From Eledone cirrhosa (taxonomy: Eukaryota): a stretch of 64,000 nucleotides of DNA. The DNA is taken from the NCBI GenBank assembly GCA_964016885.1, contig OZ024742.1, positions 308,016,001-308,080,000 of the forward strand. The letters run 5' to 3'. The notes beneath the pieces were generated by a model. That model was not told the origin of the DNA, ran no database searches, and saw only the letters and a program-made list of their open reading frames with translations. Below, one piece after another: positions 63,948-64,000 of the stretch (position 1 is its first letter; every line of letters starts with the position of its first letter). A program made the translations under genes and the position numbers.

Positions 63948-63990
63948 GTAATCTACGCGTTTCATTCTTGTTAGAATTCATCAGGACTAC
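63948..63990 (-). ncRNA. Minimal type-I hammerhead ribozyme (element continues past the window edge)
   Basis: GTAGTC-CTGATGA-ATTCT-aaca-AGAAT-GAAA-CGCG-TA-GATTAC, GUA site. Confidence 0.9.
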
Positions 63991-64000
63991 ATATCCAGTG

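Overview
Eukaryotic, AT-rich, gene-free transposon landscape. The tRNA-derived SINE family and kb-long (TA)n arrays suggest an octopus/cephalopod genome (inference only). No host protein-coding gene is recognisable, and the long Ile/Tyr-repeat ORFs are microsatellite artefacts. The window holds four Penelope-like element (PLE) families, one with an intact 1209-aa RT+GIY-YIG ORF. It also holds a full-length CR1-type LINE plus a truncated copy, decayed Dong/R4, Tx1/L1, RTE and Gypsy elements, a non-autonomous Tc1, four SINEs and a MITE. The main signal the ORF track does not explain is a swarm of minimal type-I hammerhead ribozymes (about 10 different sequences, about 15 copies). They sit either in PLE terminal repeats or alone in short non-coding islands between microsatellites. 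One is in a 594-nt terminally redundant, retrozyme-like unit with a U3-A8 covariant core, and two form a 127-bp head-to-head palindrome. Also notable: a 4.75-kb inverted duplication of a tail-to-tail PLE/LINE junction, a LINE ORF1 with Myb/SANT-like, polyQ and two CCCH modules, and a candidate -1 frameshift joining ORF1 to an AUG-less ORF2. All folds and alignments were done by eye.
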